From Chloroflexota bacterium (lineage in GTDB: Bacteria; Chloroflexota; Anaerolineae; JAAYZQ01), in NCBI GenBank assembly GCA_018606645.1, contig JAGVRI010000004.1, forward strand, positions 142,625 through 206,624: a DNA stretch of 64,000 nt, written 5' to 3'. Positions 12,402 to 23,700 of the stretch are shown here, in pieces. The notes beneath the pieces were generated by a model, which saw nothing but the letters and a program-made list of their open reading frames with translations, searched no databases and was not told where the DNA came from. Numbering within the stretch: position 1 is the first letter of the stretch; each line of letters opens with the position of its first letter. Both the position numbers and the translations under genes were made by a program.

Positions 12402-12941
12402 ATGAGTGAACCCAAGATCGAGTTCTTGTTCTGGCAGGGATGTCCGTCATACCCGGAGACGCTGAGGCGCCTGGGGGAAGTGATGGCCGAATTGGATATG
12501 AAGGGGCCGGTGGATGAGATCGAGGTAACCAGCGACGAAGAGGCTGAATGCTTGCGGTTCCCCGGTTCGCCGACCATCCGCGTGGATGGAGTTGACATCG
12601 ATCGCGTCGGGGCTGACCAGGCAGTCGTGTCCCTTACATGCCGTGTATATCGGCTAGAGGATGGTCGCTTTTCCGGGGTGCCATCAAAAGAGATGATCCG
12701 CCAGGCGTTGAGCCGGGCAGGAAGAGGTCAAGTGCAACCCGAGTCCGTTCTGGCTTCCGGATGTGGCGTTCACTTTCGCGGCGGCCAGAAGGTGTTCACG
12801 ATCCGGGCAGAGCGTTCGAGGACCCCTCCAGCGTCTAACGCCGCTTCGATAGCATCCATCAGTCTGGCTGCGCCGCTCAGATCGCCACGGCCAATGAGAT
12901 CCTGGACCGCGATCAGGGCCGTTTCCAGGACGATCTGGTGA
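12402..12941 (+). CDS. Small thioredoxin-fold protein (DUF2703-like) with a 3' extension overlapping the opposite gene
   Basis: GCPS...FPGSPTIRVDGVDI...TCRVY...GVPS pattern. Confidence 0.7.
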   Translation: MSEPKIEFLFWQGCPSYPETLRRLGEVMAELDMKGPVDEIEVTSDEEAECLRFPGSPTIRVDGVDIDRVGADQAVVSLTCRVYRLEDGRFSGVPSKEMIRQALSRAGRGQVQPESVLASGCGVHFRGGQKVFTIRAERSRTPPASNAASIASISLAAPLRSPRPMRSWTAIRAVSRTIW

Positions 12942-14125
12942 GGGGCGTGGCCGTTGTCCATAAAGAGCCGCAGCGTATCGCTGGTCCATTCTGGAGGCGC
13001 CTTGGAGGGCAACACCCGAGCCGGAGGATCGAGTTCGGTCTCGTAACGGCGCATCAGGTCGAAGGAGCGGACCGTCAACCACCAGGCCTCTGTCTGTTCC
13101 GGCGAGGGATTGAGGGTGGACAGGTAAGACAGCCATTCCGCTTCCAGATCAGCGTAACCACGACCGTAAAGGCTCTGGACCAACTGCTCGTCGGCGTCGG
13201 GCTCGCCGGTCGCCTGACCGTACAGGCTCTTGAACCGGTCCAGACCGTAGCGCTCGATCAGATACTTGACGAAGGAACCGGCCTCCAGATAGGCAATTTC
13301 ATGTTGAAAATCATAGAATGGGCCACGGCGCAGATCGGCGAGCGGGATGTACTGTTCCGAGGCCGCCAGCACCGCCGCCCACTCGTCCAGGGGTTCCTGA
13401 CGGTAGTGTCCGTCGCTGGCCCAGACGGCCAGCCCTTCGACCAACACTCCGTCCGGTCCTCCCTTCTCTTTGGGTTGGATCCAATCCTGGGCCAGAGCGT
13501 GCGCTCCCTCGTGGGTGAAAAGGGTCCAGGTTTCGACGCCGGCATAATTGCGGTCCAGGTAGGAGATCAGCAGGATTTTGCCTTCGTAGGCAGCCCCACC
13601 CTGCCAAAAGACGCGAGGCACCAGGTACACCGACAACTGGCCGTCGAACTGCACCTGCAAGCGAGAGGCGAGGTAGTCGAGCGCCGCCTCGGCCAGCAAG
13701 CCCAACTGGAACCGGTCTCGTTCCGCTGCCGTGCCGGGCATATAATAGAACCGAACGCGCTTTGAGTCCGAGACAGACCAGGTAAAGGTCGGCGTTGGGG
13801 TCGGGCGCGGCTCCGGTGGAGCCTGGACTATGCCCGAAATGGTAACGGCAACGGTCGGAGCTTGTCCCCGGGCGGGAGGAAGGGTTGGCGCGGCGGTCGC
13901 CGCAGGGGGCGTTGAGCTGGGGGGAAGGTCTGTCGGCGCGATGGCCGTCGGTGTGCCGGGGGCAAGGGGCGAAACCAGGTCGGGGGACCGGAGGACCTGG
14001 CCAAACACCACCAAAGCGAGCAACCCCAGGGCCAGCAGGCAGGCGGCTGCCAATGCATGACCCCGATGGGGAGCTGCCGAGTGAACGGGCGTCCGCCGTT
14101 CGGTCCAGTTCTGTTCCTCGCTCAT
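12770..14125 (-). CDS. Membrane-anchored zincin/peptidase MA-like protein
   Basis: TM segment and P/T linker; HEGAH, EGLAVW and AYLEAGSFVKYLIERYG. Confidence 0.7.
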   Translation of the reverse strand: MSEEQNWTERRTPVHSAAPHRGHALAAACLLALGLLALVVFGQVLRSPDLVSPLAPGTPTAIAPTDLPPSSTPPAATAAPTLPPARGQAPTVAVTISGIVQAPPEPRPTPTPTFTWSVSDSKRVRFYYMPGTAAERDRFQLGLLAEAALDYLASRLQVQFDGQLSVYLVPRVFWQGGAAYEGKILLISYLDRNYAGVETWTLFTHEGAHALAQDWIQPKEKGGPDGVLVEGLAVWASDGHYRQEPLDEWAAVLAASEQYIPLADLRRGPFYDFQHEIAYLEAGSFVKYLIERYGLDRFKSLYGQATGEPDADEQLVQSLYGRGYADLEAEWLSYLSTLNPSPEQTEAWWLTVRSFDLMRRYETELDPPARVLPSKAPPEWTSDTLRLFMDNGHAPHQIVLETALIAVQDLIGRGDLSGAARLMDAIEAALDAGGVLERSARIVNTFWPPRK

Positions 14126-14212
14126 GCGCCTGTTGGTGAGCTCAGCCTGGGATTGGCCGAGTGCGTGCACTCTCCTGCGATGGGCCATCCATCTGGCGAG
14201 GGTTCAGAGGTT

Positions 14213-14857
14213 TCAACCCGCAGGAGTCTGCTCGTCCCCTGATCTCCGAAACGCCTCGGAGACCTCCTCCAACCGCTCCGGCGGGCCAATCAAGATCAAC
14301 TCGTCACCGGGAAAAAGCCGGACATCGCCGTCGGGATTTGAAAGCAAGTGGCTGCCGCGGCAGACCGCCAGCAGGGTCACACTGTAGCGCTGGCGCAACT
14401 CAATTTCGGCCAGCGTTTTCCCGGCGACAGCCGATTGCTCAGGGATCCGGAACCGACCGACCTGCATCCCCGGCAGGCGCAGTTCCAGTTCCGGAAAACA
14501 GACCGACTCCAGTTCGTGAGTCCGCAGGTCATAATGACCGCGCAGTTCATCGATGGCGGTCTGTTCCCACAAAGGCACACCCACAAAGTAGGACGCGCGA
14601 CCGATCATGTGGGCCGCCACCGGCGCGGTCAGGAGCACAAACGCGACAGTCGCCAGGGCGCGGGTGGCGACCCCCAGTTCACCAAAGTACACAGCCACTG
14701 CCAACAGGACAGAGCCGACGCCTAACGTGGCGACTTTGGTCGTGGCCGACATCCGGGTGTATAGGTCCGGCATGCGCAGGATGCCCAGCCCCGAGAGGGA
14801 CATGAACACCGTCCCGATCAGGATCAGGATGGCGCTAACGAGTTCTCGCATGCTCAC
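14213..14857 (-). CDS. mrpG: Mrp Na+/H+ antiporter subunit G fused to a TrkA-C (RCK_C) domain
   Basis: RMPDLYTRMSATTK and TAPVAAH; C-terminal GKTLAEIELRQRYSVTLLAV...NPDGD...GDELILIG. Confidence 0.9.
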   Translation of the reverse strand: MSMRELVSAILILIGTVFMSLSGLGILRMPDLYTRMSATTKVATLGVGSVLLAVAVYFGELGVATRALATVAFVLLTAPVAAHMIGRASYFVGVPLWEQTAIDELRGHYDLRTHELESVCFPELELRLPGMQVGRFRIPEQSAVAGKTLAEIELRQRYSVTLLAVCRGSHLLSNPDGDVRLFPGDELILIGPPERLEEVSEAFRRSGDEQTPAG

Positions 14858-15120
14858 ACCCTCCGCTCCAGGTAACGAGCGAACGCTATCGTCCCCAGGA
14901 ATGAAAGCAGCGCCAGAACGATCGCCACATCTAGGAGAGCTGGCTGGTTGCGGGCGATGGCATAAAGGGCGATCATCCCCATCCCCAGCGTCCCGATCAG
15001 GTCCAGCGCGATGACCCGGTCAGGCAGGCTGGGCCCGCGCACCAGGCGGACGAAGGCCAGCATCATGGTCAGGCTCAACAACGGCAGTGCCACCAGCAAG
15101 ATCAGGTCGGGCAGACTCAT
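14854..15120 (-). CDS. mrpF: Mrp antiporter subunit F
   Basis: GPSLPDRVIALD and FLGTIAFARY. Confidence 0.93.
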   Translation of the reverse strand: MSLPDLILLVALPLLSLTMMLAFVRLVRGPSLPDRVIALDLIGTLGMGMIALYAIARNQPALLDVAIVLALLSFLGTIAFARYLERRV

Positions 15121-15593
15121 CGTAGCACCTCCAGCAACCGTCGCTCAAACCCATCTTTGATCTCCCGGCGGAAGCGAGCCGGGTCGTCTCCCAGGTCCAT
15201 GGTATGGATGTACAGGACCTTGCGGTCGGCCGAGACATCGATGCTCAGGGAGCCGGGCGTCAGGGTGATGAGGTTCGCCAGCAGGGTGATCTCGGTGTCG
15301 GTCCGCGCCTCTAGAGGGACGGCGATCACCCCCGGGTGCAGTCGGTAGCGCAGGTTGAGGACCATATAGGCCACCTGGAGGTTCGCCTTGATCACCTCGC
15401 GAACGAAAAAGAGAACGAATGCCAGCGTTTGGCGCGCCTTTGCAAAATACGACGAGGGCCCGGTCACCCGCTGGACCAGCCACAGCATGACGTAGCCAAG
15501 GAGAAAACCAAAGCCAAAGTTGGCCAGGGTGAATTGTCCGGTCAGCGCGATCCAGGCCAGAGTCAGCAACAGGTTGAGCAAGAACGTGCCCAT
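15117..15593 (-). CDS. mrpE: Mrp antiporter subunit E
   Basis: LANLITLTPG and LYIH; ATG at 15593. Confidence 0.93.
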   Translation of the reverse strand: MGTFLLNLLLTLAWIALTGQFTLANFGFGFLLGYVMLWLVQRVTGPSSYFAKARQTLAFVLFFVREVIKANLQVAYMVLNLRYRLHPGVIAVPLEARTDTEITLLANLITLTPGSLSIDVSADRKVLYIHTMDLGDDPARFRREIKDGFERRLLEVLR

Positions 15594-15594
15594 C

Positions 15595-17055
15595 TTACCT
15601 CCCTCCCAGCAACTGCTCTGCCGCCTGCCGGCTGAGCGCAAACAATGGGCCGGCGGCGAAGCCAAGAAGGACTGTCAGCCCGGCCAGTGCCACCGTTGGC
15701 AGCCAGAGCGCCCAAGAAGAACTCTGCGAGGACTTTGTTGAGTCGTCCTCCATCGCTGGCTTCCAGAAAGCCTGGTCCCAAATTTTCATCATCGAGAAGA
15801 GCGTCAGCAACCCCACTCCCAGGGCCACGGCGACGATTCCGTATTGCCCGGCCTCCAGCCCGGCCCAGATCAGCGACAGTTTGGCAAAAAAGCCGGAGAG
15901 CGGCGGAAGTCCTGCCAGGGAGAGGGCGGGGAACAGAAACAAGACAGCCAGAACCGGCTGAGAGCGGTACAGTCCCCCCAGTTTCTTGAGATCATAGGAG
16001 CCCTGCAGGCGGTAGACGATGCCGCTGACCAGGAAAAGTGCGGACTTGGCCAGAATGACATGGACCATAAAAAAGATGGTGCCCGCCAGTGCGACCGGAG
16101 TGAACAGCCCCAGTCCCATCAGCAGGTACCCAATCTGGCTGATGATGTGGAAGGAGAGGAGACGGCGAAACTCGGTCTGCGCCACCGCGCCCAGCACGCC
16201 CGTGACCATGGTCAGCCCGGCCAGGACCAGGATCAGGGTGTGGGTGAATTCCACGTCCTGGACAAACAGCAGGGTGAAGACCCGGATCAGGGCATAGACC
16301 CCCACTTTGGTGAGCAGGCCGGAAAAGAGGGCGGAGACGGCGACCGGCGGCGTGTGGTAGGAAGCTGGAAGCCAGAAGAAGAGCGGAAACATGGCAGCCT
16401 TGATGCCAAAGGCGATCAAAAACAGAAGCGCCAGCGCCGTCACCAGGCCGGGCTGCCGGACCTGCTCAAGGCGCCGGGCCAGGTCGGCCATGTTGAGCGC
16501 GCCGGTGACGCCGTAGAGAATCCCCACTCCCGCCAGGAAGAGGGCTGACGCCATCAGATTGAGGGTGACATACTTGATCGCCCCTTCCAGTTGAGCGCGC
16601 TCACCCCCCAGCGTCATCAGCACGAACGAGGCGATGAGCATCACCTCAAACCAGACGTAAAGATTGAACAGGTCGCCGGTCAAAAATGCGCCGCACACCC
16701 CCATCAGCAGGACCTGGAGAAGCGGATAATACCCAAACTGCTCCCGGTCAGGGTCCATGCTCCCCAGGGAGTAGACAGCCACCGCCAGACCGATCAACCC
16801 GGCCAGCACAACCATGATCGCGCTCAAGAGGTCGGCGACCAGGGTGATGCCAAAGGGAGCCGGCCAGTTGCCCACTTGCAGGGTCTGAGTGCCGTTCTGC
16901 CAAACGACGACCAGAAGCCACAGAGCCGCACCCAGAAGCCCTGTTGTGCTCAGGACGCTTAATGCCCGCTGAAAGGACCGCCGCTTCCAGGCCAACAACG
17001 CGGCCACGGCGGTCAGGAGTGGGATCAGGATCGGGAGGACGAGCAGCCCACCCAT
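15595..17055 (-). CDS. mrpD: Mrp antiporter subunit D
   Basis: [21 protein letters not shown] and LLTKVGVY. Confidence 0.95.
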   Translation of the reverse strand: MGGLLVLPILIPLLTAVAALLAWKRRSFQRALSVLSTTGLLGAALWLLVVVWQNGTQTLQVGNWPAPFGITLVADLLSAIMVVLAGLIGLAVAVYSLGSMDPDREQFGYYPLLQVLLMGVCGAFLTGDLFNLYVWFEVMLIASFVLMTLGGERAQLEGAIKYVTLNLMASALFLAGVGILYGVTGALNMADLARRLEQVRQPGLVTALALLFLIAFGIKAAMFPLFFWLPASYHTPPVAVSALFSGLLTKVGVYALIRVFTLLFVQDVEFTHTLILVLAGLTMVTGVLGAVAQTEFRRLLSFHIISQIGYLLMGLGLFTPVALAGTIFFMVHVILAKSALFLVSGIVYRLQGSYDLKKLGGLYRSQPVLAVLFLFPALSLAGLPPLSGFFAKLSLIWAGLEAGQYGIVAVALGVGLLTLFSMMKIWDQAFWKPAMEDDSTKSSQSSSWALWLPTVALAGLTVLLGFAAGPLFALSRQAAEQLLGGR

Positions 17056-17492
17056 CAGGCACCCTCATCACGGAGCGTCGCCTCGACAGGTGACCGCCAC
17101 TTGTCGTTTGGCAGATTCACTGGTGGAGCACTGGATGAACCGTGCATCACATCCGTACTCCGCATGTCGTCCAGATCATCGGTGCCCACCGTCTGGTAGG
17201 CCCGCTTGATCAGGATGATGGCAAAGGCCTGCACTCCAAAGCCGATGACGATGGCTGTCAGGATCAGTGCTTGAGGCACCGGGTCAGCGAACGGCTCCAC
17301 CAGGCGGGCCATGTCGGATGGGATGAGGGCGGGCCGGCCCCGGATCAGGCGGCCCAGGGTGAAGATAAGCAGGTTGGCTGCCTGGCTCAACAGCGCCAGA
17401 CCGATGACCAATTTGACCAGACTCCGCCGCATTAGCATATACAGCCCGGCGGCGTACAACCCGCCGATGATAAACGCCAGAACTATCTCCAT
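17055..17492 (-). CDS. mrpC: Mrp antiporter subunit C
   Basis: [16 protein letters not shown]. Confidence 0.95.
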   Translation of the reverse strand: MEIVLAFIIGGLYAAGLYMLMRRSLVKLVIGLALLSQAANLLIFTLGRLIRGRPALIPSDMARLVEPFADPVPQALILTAIVIGFGVQAFAIILIKRAYQTVGTDDLDDMRSTDVMHGSSSAPPVNLPNDKWRSPVEATLRDEGA

Positions 17493-17495
17493 GTT

Positions 17496-17906
17496 CTACT
17501 CCTCCGCCAGGGTGAGAATGATGGTCATCATCACCCCGACCACGGCCAGATAGACGCCCACATCAAACAGGAGCGGCGTGCCCACTTTGCCCAGCACCGG
17601 CAAGGTCGGCTTAGCCCAGACCCCGGTCAGAAATGGCTGTCCTGAGAACACCGGCCACAGCCCACTGCCGACGGCGACCAGCAACCCCAGACTGATCAAC
17701 ACGCGGGAGTCCACTCCCAGCGTCCGGCGGGCGGCAGGGACGCCATAGGCGATGGCGTACAGGGCAAAGGCCGCCGCTGCGACCAATCCCCCAACGAATC
17801 CACCCCCGGCATCGTTATGCCCCCGCAACAGCAAAAAGACGGAGAACAAGAGCATCAGCGGGAACAGGTACCGGACCGCTGTGGACAGGATGATCGAGAA
17901 CATCAA
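17496..17906 (-). CDS. mrpB: Mrp antiporter subunit B
   Basis: [13 protein letters not shown] and FDVGVY. Confidence 0.95.
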   Translation of the reverse strand: MMFSIILSTAVRYLFPLMLLFSVFLLLRGHNDAGGGFVGGLVAAAAFALYAIAYGVPAARRTLGVDSRVLISLGLLVAVGSGLWPVFSGQPFLTGVWAKPTLPVLGKVGTPLLFDVGVYLAVVGVMMTIILTLAEE

Positions 17907-20239
17907 ACCTCCTCTTCAGGCTGGCTGCTCCCTGAATCGGCTGGCTCTTCCAGCCGCAGTCGGAGCAAGGCATAGATGCCGATGCCAGCTACCGCCAGAA
18001 CTGTGATCTCCCCCAGCGTGTCCAGGGCGCGAAAGTCCACCAGGATGGCATTGACGACATTACGCCCTTTTGCCAGCAGCAGACTGTTCTCGGCAAAGTA
18101 GGTGGCCAGGTGCAGATCCCGGGGGAGAGTCATCGCCGTCAGCACCAGCGCCGTCATCAGACCACCGGCCAGAAGGGCTATGGCCGCGTCCCGGAGGCGC
18201 GCTCGGCGGGAAGAAAGCGACGCAAAGCGCGGCAGCCGGTAGACCACCAGGACAAAAAGGATGACCGTCAGGGTCTCCACCGCGAACTGGGTCATGGCCA
18301 GGTCTGGCGCGCTAAAGAGCATATAGAGCAGGGCGACTCCATAGCCAATGACGCTGAGCGCGGCTGCCGCTGCCAGCCGGGAGGGGCTCAAGACCGCCAT
18401 GAGAGTGGCCAGCAGGATCAGCGCAGCAATTGTCCACTCGTAGAACCGGGCGTCCAGAAGGCTGGGCACTGGTTCGGTCAGTCCGCCCCGGAGAAGCAGC
18501 GTGGAGCCGACCAGGGCGACGGTGGTGAGGACAATGACCATCAGGTAGCGGCGCAGGTAGCCACTCTGAAGGAGGCGCGTCTGGACGCGAGCCAACCCGT
18601 TCAGGCTGGCCAACAGCAGAGAATACCACCGCCGTGGCCCCCACCGCCCGATGGCATCTCCGATTGACCCGGCCCGTCGCAAGAACCCCCGTGCGGCGTA
18701 GAGGCCAACCCCGGCAGCAACGGTGAGGAGGCTCAGGCCCAGGACCGGGTTGATCCCGTGCCAGAGCTTCAGCTCGACCGCCGTCACTTCGGCCCGCACG
18801 GCGCCAGCCGCCGCCGAAACCACGATGCTGGCCGCATCTGGAAAGAGGCCGCAGACCAGGCCTAGCCCGGCCAGAACTGCCGGACCGACGAGCATAGCGA
18901 GGGGCGCCTCGTGCGGCATCCTGGGCGGGTCGGCGCGGCGGCCGAAGAACGGCGCAAAGCCCACGATCCCCGCCACCGCCACCAGAAACATGTTCGCCAG
19001 TACGCCGGCGCTCGTCACCAGGACCGACGCGCGCGGCGCCTGAAGTTTGGCCTCGTAGAGTAACTCTTTGTTGATAAAGCCCAGCATGGGCGGCAGCCCG
19101 GCCATAGAGAGCGCGGCCAGTCCGGCGGCGACAGCAGTGACCGGCATGGCCCGCGCCAGACGACCCAGCCGCGTCACCTCCCGGGTGCCCGTCTCGTGAT
19201 CCACCGCCCCAGCGATCAAAAAGAGCGCACCCTTGTAGAGGGCATGGACCAGCAGGAAGAGCATTGCTGCCTTCACCGAGAGAACGGTATCCATCCCCAG
19301 TAGCAACACGAGCGCGCCCAGCGTGCTCACTGTGGAGTAGGCCAGGATGCGTTTGAGGTCCGTCTGCCAGAGGGCCACGGCCGCGCCCAGGAGCATCGTG
19401 GCGGTGCCCGCCCCAGTGACCAGATAGTGCCAGGCTTCGCTCCCGCCCAGTACCGGGCTGAGACGAGCCAGCAGGTACACCCCCGCCTTGACCATCGTCG
19501 CCGAGTGGAGATAGGCGCTGACCGGCGTGGGCGCTTCCATCGCGCCCGGCAGCCAGAAGTGAAAGGGCACCTGGGCGGATTTGGTGAAAGCGCCGACCAG
19601 GATCAGCAGCAAGATCGACAGGTAGAGCGGGTGGCTCTGGATCGCCCGCCCTTCGTTCAACAACGTTGATAGCTCCAGGCTGCCACCCGCCTGCCCGAGG
19701 AGCAGCAACCCGGCCAGTAGAGCCAGCCCGCCAGCACCGGTCACCAACAGCGCCTGCAACGCCGCCGCCCGCGCCGCTTCGCGTTGATGATCAAAGCCGA
19801 TCAGCAGGAAAGAACTCAGGCTGGTGAGCTCCCAGAACACGAACATGGTGATCACGTTGCCGGCCAGGACCAGGCCCAGCATGGAGGCCATGAACATCAG
19901 AATCAAAGCATAAAAGCGCCCAGCCTGGGGATGTTCGCCCAGATAACCGCCGGCATAGATCACCACTAGCGCACCAATCCCACTGATGAGCAGCGCAAAA
20001 AGCAGGCTCAACCCGTCCACGTAAAACGACAGAGCGATCCCCAGGCCAGGCACCCAGGGATAGGAGAGGGCAATCACCCCGCCGGCGGCGATCGGGTGGA
20101 GTTGACTGGCAAAGTAGAACGCCAGCCCCACGGGCTGGAGAGCGATGATCCACCCTGTCGCCCCGCGCGCCAAGCGACACAGCCATGGCGCGACCACGGT
20201 CAGCGCAAAGCCTGACAAGATCGCCATGATGATTGCCAT
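17903..20239 (-). CDS. mrpA: Mrp antiporter subunit A
   Basis: [36 protein letters not shown] and [10 protein letters not shown]. Confidence 0.96.
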   Translation of the reverse strand: MAIIMAILSGFALTVVAPWLCRLARGATGWIIALQPVGLAFYFASQLHPIAAGGVIALSYPWVPGLGIALSFYVDGLSLLFALLISGIGALVVIYAGGYLGEHPQAGRFYALILMFMASMLGLVLAGNVITMFVFWELTSLSSFLLIGFDHQREAARAAALQALLVTGAGGLALLAGLLLLGQAGGSLELSTLLNEGRAIQSHPLYLSILLLILVGAFTKSAQVPFHFWLPGAMEAPTPVSAYLHSATMVKAGVYLLARLSPVLGGSEAWHYLVTGAGTATMLLGAAVALWQTDLKRILAYSTVSTLGALVLLLGMDTVLSVKAAMLFLLVHALYKGALFLIAGAVDHETGTREVTRLGRLARAMPVTAVAAGLAALSMAGLPPMLGFINKELLYEAKLQAPRASVLVTSAGVLANMFLVAVAGIVGFAPFFGRRADPPRMPHEAPLAMLVGPAVLAGLGLVCGLFPDAASIVVSAAAGAVRAEVTAVELKLWHGINPVLGLSLLTVAAGVGLYAARGFLRRAGSIGDAIGRWGPRRWYSLLLASLNGLARVQTRLLQSGYLRRYLMVIVLTTVALVGSTLLLRGGLTEPVPSLLDARFYEWTIAALILLATLMAVLSPSRLAAAAALSVIGYGVALLYMLFSAPDLAMTQFAVETLTVILFVLVVYRLPRFASLSSRRARLRDAAIALLAGGLMTALVLTAMTLPRDLHLATYFAENSLLLAKGRNVVNAILVDFRALDTLGEITVLAVAGIGIYALLRLRLEEPADSGSSQPEEEV

Positions 20240-20364
20240 GATTTCCTCTTTCCAACTGCCGAATCAGAGCGGTATGGCTACGGATCGGTCCGCTCTTCCA
20301 TCTCCTTGGCCATGCCCCTGTGTTTCAGAGCAGGAGACCACCTTCCATCGGCCGGACTCGCCTG

Positions 20365-20393
20365 ATTATATCATTTCAGCTTTTGCGAGGCAA
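20365..20393 (-). promoter_or_regulatory. sigma70 promoter of the mrp operon
   Basis: TTGCCT-N17-TATAAT with extended TG. Confidence 0.65.
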
Positions 20394-20439
20394 AAAGCCT
20401 GGTTCTCAGCTTTTGCGCCAGTGATGGCCCAGGGACAGG

Positions 20440-20468
20440 TTGCACCCAGCCTGGGGCTATGGTATACT
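20440..20468 (+). promoter_or_regulatory. sigma70 promoter of the site-2 protease gene
   Basis: TTGCAC-N17-TATACT. Confidence 0.6.
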
Positions 20469-20551
20469 GACCAACGAGGCATGGACGGCCGTCATCGGTC
20501 CGGCCAGAGAATGCCCTGGATCACAGGAATTGGCTTGTTCTAGAAAGTTGA

Positions 20552-21808
20552 GTGATGATGGATCATTCAGAAGCGTCCCGTCAAGGGATCGCCTATCAGA
20601 TTGAACAGCTTGTCGCCGATCTGTTCACCACCTACGACATCACGCTCGGCACCCCGGGGCAGCCAAACATGGTCCGCTTGCGCGGCCATCTACAGCTTCC
20701 CTCGGATCGGGCCTATCCCCAGATTGCGGAGCGCCTGCGGCGGCTGGGCTACACTGCCGCGCTGCGCCACGATTCCAAGCTAAACCTGGATGAACTGCTG
20801 GTCATCCCCGGCGTTCTGCCGCAGGTCGAACGGTCCCGGCTCTGGGTCCACGCCTTGCTCCTGGGAGCCACGGTCCTGACCACCCTCTATGTCGGGGCGG
20901 GGATGTCCGAAGCCCGACCCCCCGATGACCTGTGGTGGCCGTTGTTCCATTTCTGGGAGGGGTGGCCGTTCTCGCTGAGCCTGCTCTCCATCTTACTGGC
21001 CCATGAATTGGGGCACTATTTCACCGGCCGGCATTACCGCGTTCCGGTCAGCCTGCCCTTCTTCATCCCGGTCCCGTTGCCCGATTTTCTGGGCAACATC
21101 CTGGGGACGATGGGAGCGGTGATCCGGATGAAAGCCCCAGTCACCAACCGCCGGGCAATGTTGGATATCGGCGCGGCCGGGCCTCTGGTGGGGTTGATCG
21201 TGGCCATCCCGGTCCTGATCCTGGGGCTTTCCCTCTCGAAGGTCCAGCCTCTGCCGCTTAATCAACCCTACTCGATGGAAGGCAACTCGTTACTCTACCT
21301 CTTGCTCAAGTATCTCGTGTTCGGTCGGTTGCTACCGGCCGATGGCGTTGATGTCTTTATCCATCCGGTGGCCTTTGCCGGGTGGGCCGGGCTGCTGGTG
21401 ACCAGCCTGAACCTGATCCCGGCCGGTCAACTCGACGGCGGCCACGTCCTGTACAGCCTGCTAGGCGATCAGGCCCGCAAGTTCTCGTGGCCGATCATCC
21501 TGGCTCTGGCGGCGTTGGGTCTGCTCCTGTGGCCGGGCTGGTTTCTGTGGGCCGGGCTGGTCTTTCTCTTTGGTCAGGGCCATCCGGGTCCGTTGGATAG
21601 CATTACCCCGTTGGATACCAAACGCAAGATCCTGGCCGTGATCGTCCTCCTGGTGTTCGTGTTGACCTTCACTCCGGTGCCGTTAAAGATCGTCGTTCCG
21701 GGCAATACGGGTCAGTTCGCCATGCGCACGGTGGTCCTCCTGACCGGGATTCTGGCGGGCCTGACCTGGATGGGCCGGCGCCTGGTCCAGGGCAGTCCTC
21801 GGCATTGA
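20552..21808 (+). CDS. Site-2 (M50) intramembrane metalloprotease
   Basis: HELGH, AAGP and NLIPAGQLDGGH. Confidence 0.93.
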   Translation: MMMDHSEASRQGIAYQIEQLVADLFTTYDITLGTPGQPNMVRLRGHLQLPSDRAYPQIAERLRRLGYTAALRHDSKLNLDELLVIPGVLPQVERSRLWVHALLLGATVLTTLYVGAGMSEARPPDDLWWPLFHFWEGWPFSLSLLSILLAHELGHYFTGRHYRVPVSLPFFIPVPLPDFLGNILGTMGAVIRMKAPVTNRRAMLDIGAAGPLVGLIVAIPVLILGLSLSKVQPLPLNQPYSMEGNSLLYLLLKYLVFGRLLPADGVDVFIHPVAFAGWAGLLVTSLNLIPAGQLDGGHVLYSLLGDQARKFSWPIILALAALGLLLWPGWFLWAGLVFLFGQGHPGPLDSITPLDTKRKILAVIVLLVFVLTFTPVPLKIVVPGNTGQFAMRTVVLLTGILAGLTWMGRRLVQGSPRH

Positions 21809-21866
21809 CCCGGGACATCCCCACCGACTGGACGGTGGAAGCCTGAGAGAACGAGGGAGCCTTCCA

Positions 21867-22802
21867 TTGCACACAGAATCGAGAGCCGATGGGGCAGAGG
21901 GCCGGTTGAATTACGGGGGGCAAGCGGTCATCGAGGGGGTGATGATGCGCGGTTCGCGGACCATGGCCGTGGCCGTGCGCCGGCCGGATGGCGAGATCGT
22001 GATCCACACCGAACCCCTGAACCCGAAGGTTTATGCCAGCAAGCTGAGCCGCATCCCCTTTGTGCGAGCCCTGACCAGTCTATGGGACGTGTTGGTGCTC
22101 GGCATCCGGACGTTGATGTACTCGGCGCAGGTGGCCCTGGGGCCAGAAGAGGAGGCGCAGTTCAACGGTCCCGTCGCCTGGGGGACGGTGGCCGTCTCCT
22201 TTGTGCTGGGCATTGGCCTCTTTTTTGTCGGTCCCCTGTTACTGGTGGGCCTGATCGATCGCTATGTCGGATCTTCTTTTGTCAGTAACCTCCTCGAAGG
22301 CGTGATCCGCATCATCGTCTTTGTCCTCTATGTGTGGCTGATCGGCCGCATCCCCGATATCCGCCGCGTATTTGCCTACCACGGCGCCGAGCACAAGACG
22401 ATCAACGCCTATGAATCGGGAGCCGAACTGGTCCCGGAGGCGGTAGATCGCTACTCCACCGCTCATTATCGCTGCGGGACCGCCTTTTTGTTGTCGGTGA
22501 TGGTTATCTCGATCCTGATCTTTGCCCTGTTAGGGCGTCCTCCGCTGGGATGGCGCATTTTGTCGCGCATCGTTCTGATCCCGGTGGTGGCCGGCGTGGC
22601 CTATGAATATATCAAACTGACCAGTCGCTACCGCACCAGCCTTCTCGTGCGTCTGATGGCGGCTCCCAACCTGGCCTTGCAGCGACTCACCACCCGGGAC
22701 CCAGATCCATCGATGCTGGAGGTGTCGATTGCAGCGCTCCGCGAAGTGCTGCAACGTGAGGGCAGGTCATCCACCGATGCAGGCCAGCCGGCAATGGGGT
22801 AG
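21867..22802 (+). CDS. DUF1385/YqhQ-family membrane protein
   Basis: [19 protein letters not shown] and RCGTAF. Confidence 0.9.
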   Translation: MHTESRADGAEGRLNYGGQAVIEGVMMRGSRTMAVAVRRPDGEIVIHTEPLNPKVYASKLSRIPFVRALTSLWDVLVLGIRTLMYSAQVALGPEEEAQFNGPVAWGTVAVSFVLGIGLFFVGPLLLVGLIDRYVGSSFVSNLLEGVIRIIVFVLYVWLIGRIPDIRRVFAYHGAEHKTINAYESGAELVPEAVDRYSTAHYRCGTAFLLSVMVISILIFALLGRPPLGWRILSRIVLIPVVAGVAYEYIKLTSRYRTSLLVRLMAAPNLALQRLTTRDPDPSMLEVSIAALREVLQREGRSSTDAGQPAMG

Positions 22803-22948
22803 CCGAGGGCAACACCCTTGGCTACCTTAAGAATCTCGGCCAGAGCCTGCCCTGAAGTTGGTCCTGGGCGGGGATCCATGGTATAATGATCGTGCAATTG
22901 TGAAGGGGGTCCCAAACGGCCATGAGGCCAGGATACTGAGGGGAGGCC

Positions 22949-23623
22949 ATGGCACAGACGCAATCGATTTCTGCCGCCGCGCTCCAAAGGGCCCGAAAAG
23001 CGAATCTGCAAGGGTTGCAGCATTACGAACGCTGGGAGATCGAGGACGCCATCGAAGCCTTCCAGGAAGCGATCCGCTCCCACCCCGAGGAACCGGAGTA
23101 CCATCTGAACCTGGCCCGCGCCCTGGCTCGCCTGGGTGATTTCGACGCAGCGAAGCGCGCCCTCGGTTCCTACATCCGCTACGAGCCAGACCGGACGCTG
23201 ACCGAGCGGTTTGAACAGCTCTTTGGCGAGGGGATGGATGAGGTAGAGACCCTCTTTACTCAGCGGATGACCGAAAAGGGGTTGCCGCTGGAGATGATCG
23301 GCGCAGCGGTGCAGATGTGGCTGGAGTACCGCATCTGCATTGGAAGTCGCCCCCTGGTCATCCGCAAACCGGAAACGTGGGCCTCGGCCTTGGACTATAC
23401 CATCCGCAAGGTAAACTTCCAGGAGCTTAGTCAACGGGAGATCGCCGATCTGTACGGGGTCAGCCCGGCGACGGTGCGCGCCTACCACAACGATCTGGTC
23501 CAGACCTTGGACATCATGCCCTGCGATTATCGCTATTTCCGGGGCGACGAGAATCCGCTGGACAAGCTGGTCGAGGCTGCAGCCATGCTGGAAGAACTGG
23601 AAGAACGGTTCCGCCGGCCCTAG
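22949..23623 (+). CDS. TPR protein with C-terminal TFIIB-cyclin-like/HTH region
   Basis: TPR pattern, then KPETWASALDY...SQREIADLYGVSPATVR. Confidence 0.7.
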   Translation: MAQTQSISAAALQRARKANLQGLQHYERWEIEDAIEAFQEAIRSHPEEPEYHLNLARALARLGDFDAAKRALGSYIRYEPDRTLTERFEQLFGEGMDEVETLFTQRMTEKGLPLEMIGAAVQMWLEYRICIGSRPLVIRKPETWASALDYTIRKVNFQELSQREIADLYGVSPATVRAYHNDLVQTLDIMPCDYRYFRGDENPLDKLVEAAAMLEELEERFRRP

Positions 23624-23700
23624 CCTTCGGGGGCCGAGGGCCGTTCTGAGCATATTCATCTCACATTTTGATACACTTTCGAAGACGAAAGGGAGAAACG

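Noticed and set aside
20240-20360. Na+/Li+, fluoride or c-di-AMP riboswitch in the mrp leader
   Set aside because: Could not match any consensus by eye; needs an Infernal scan.
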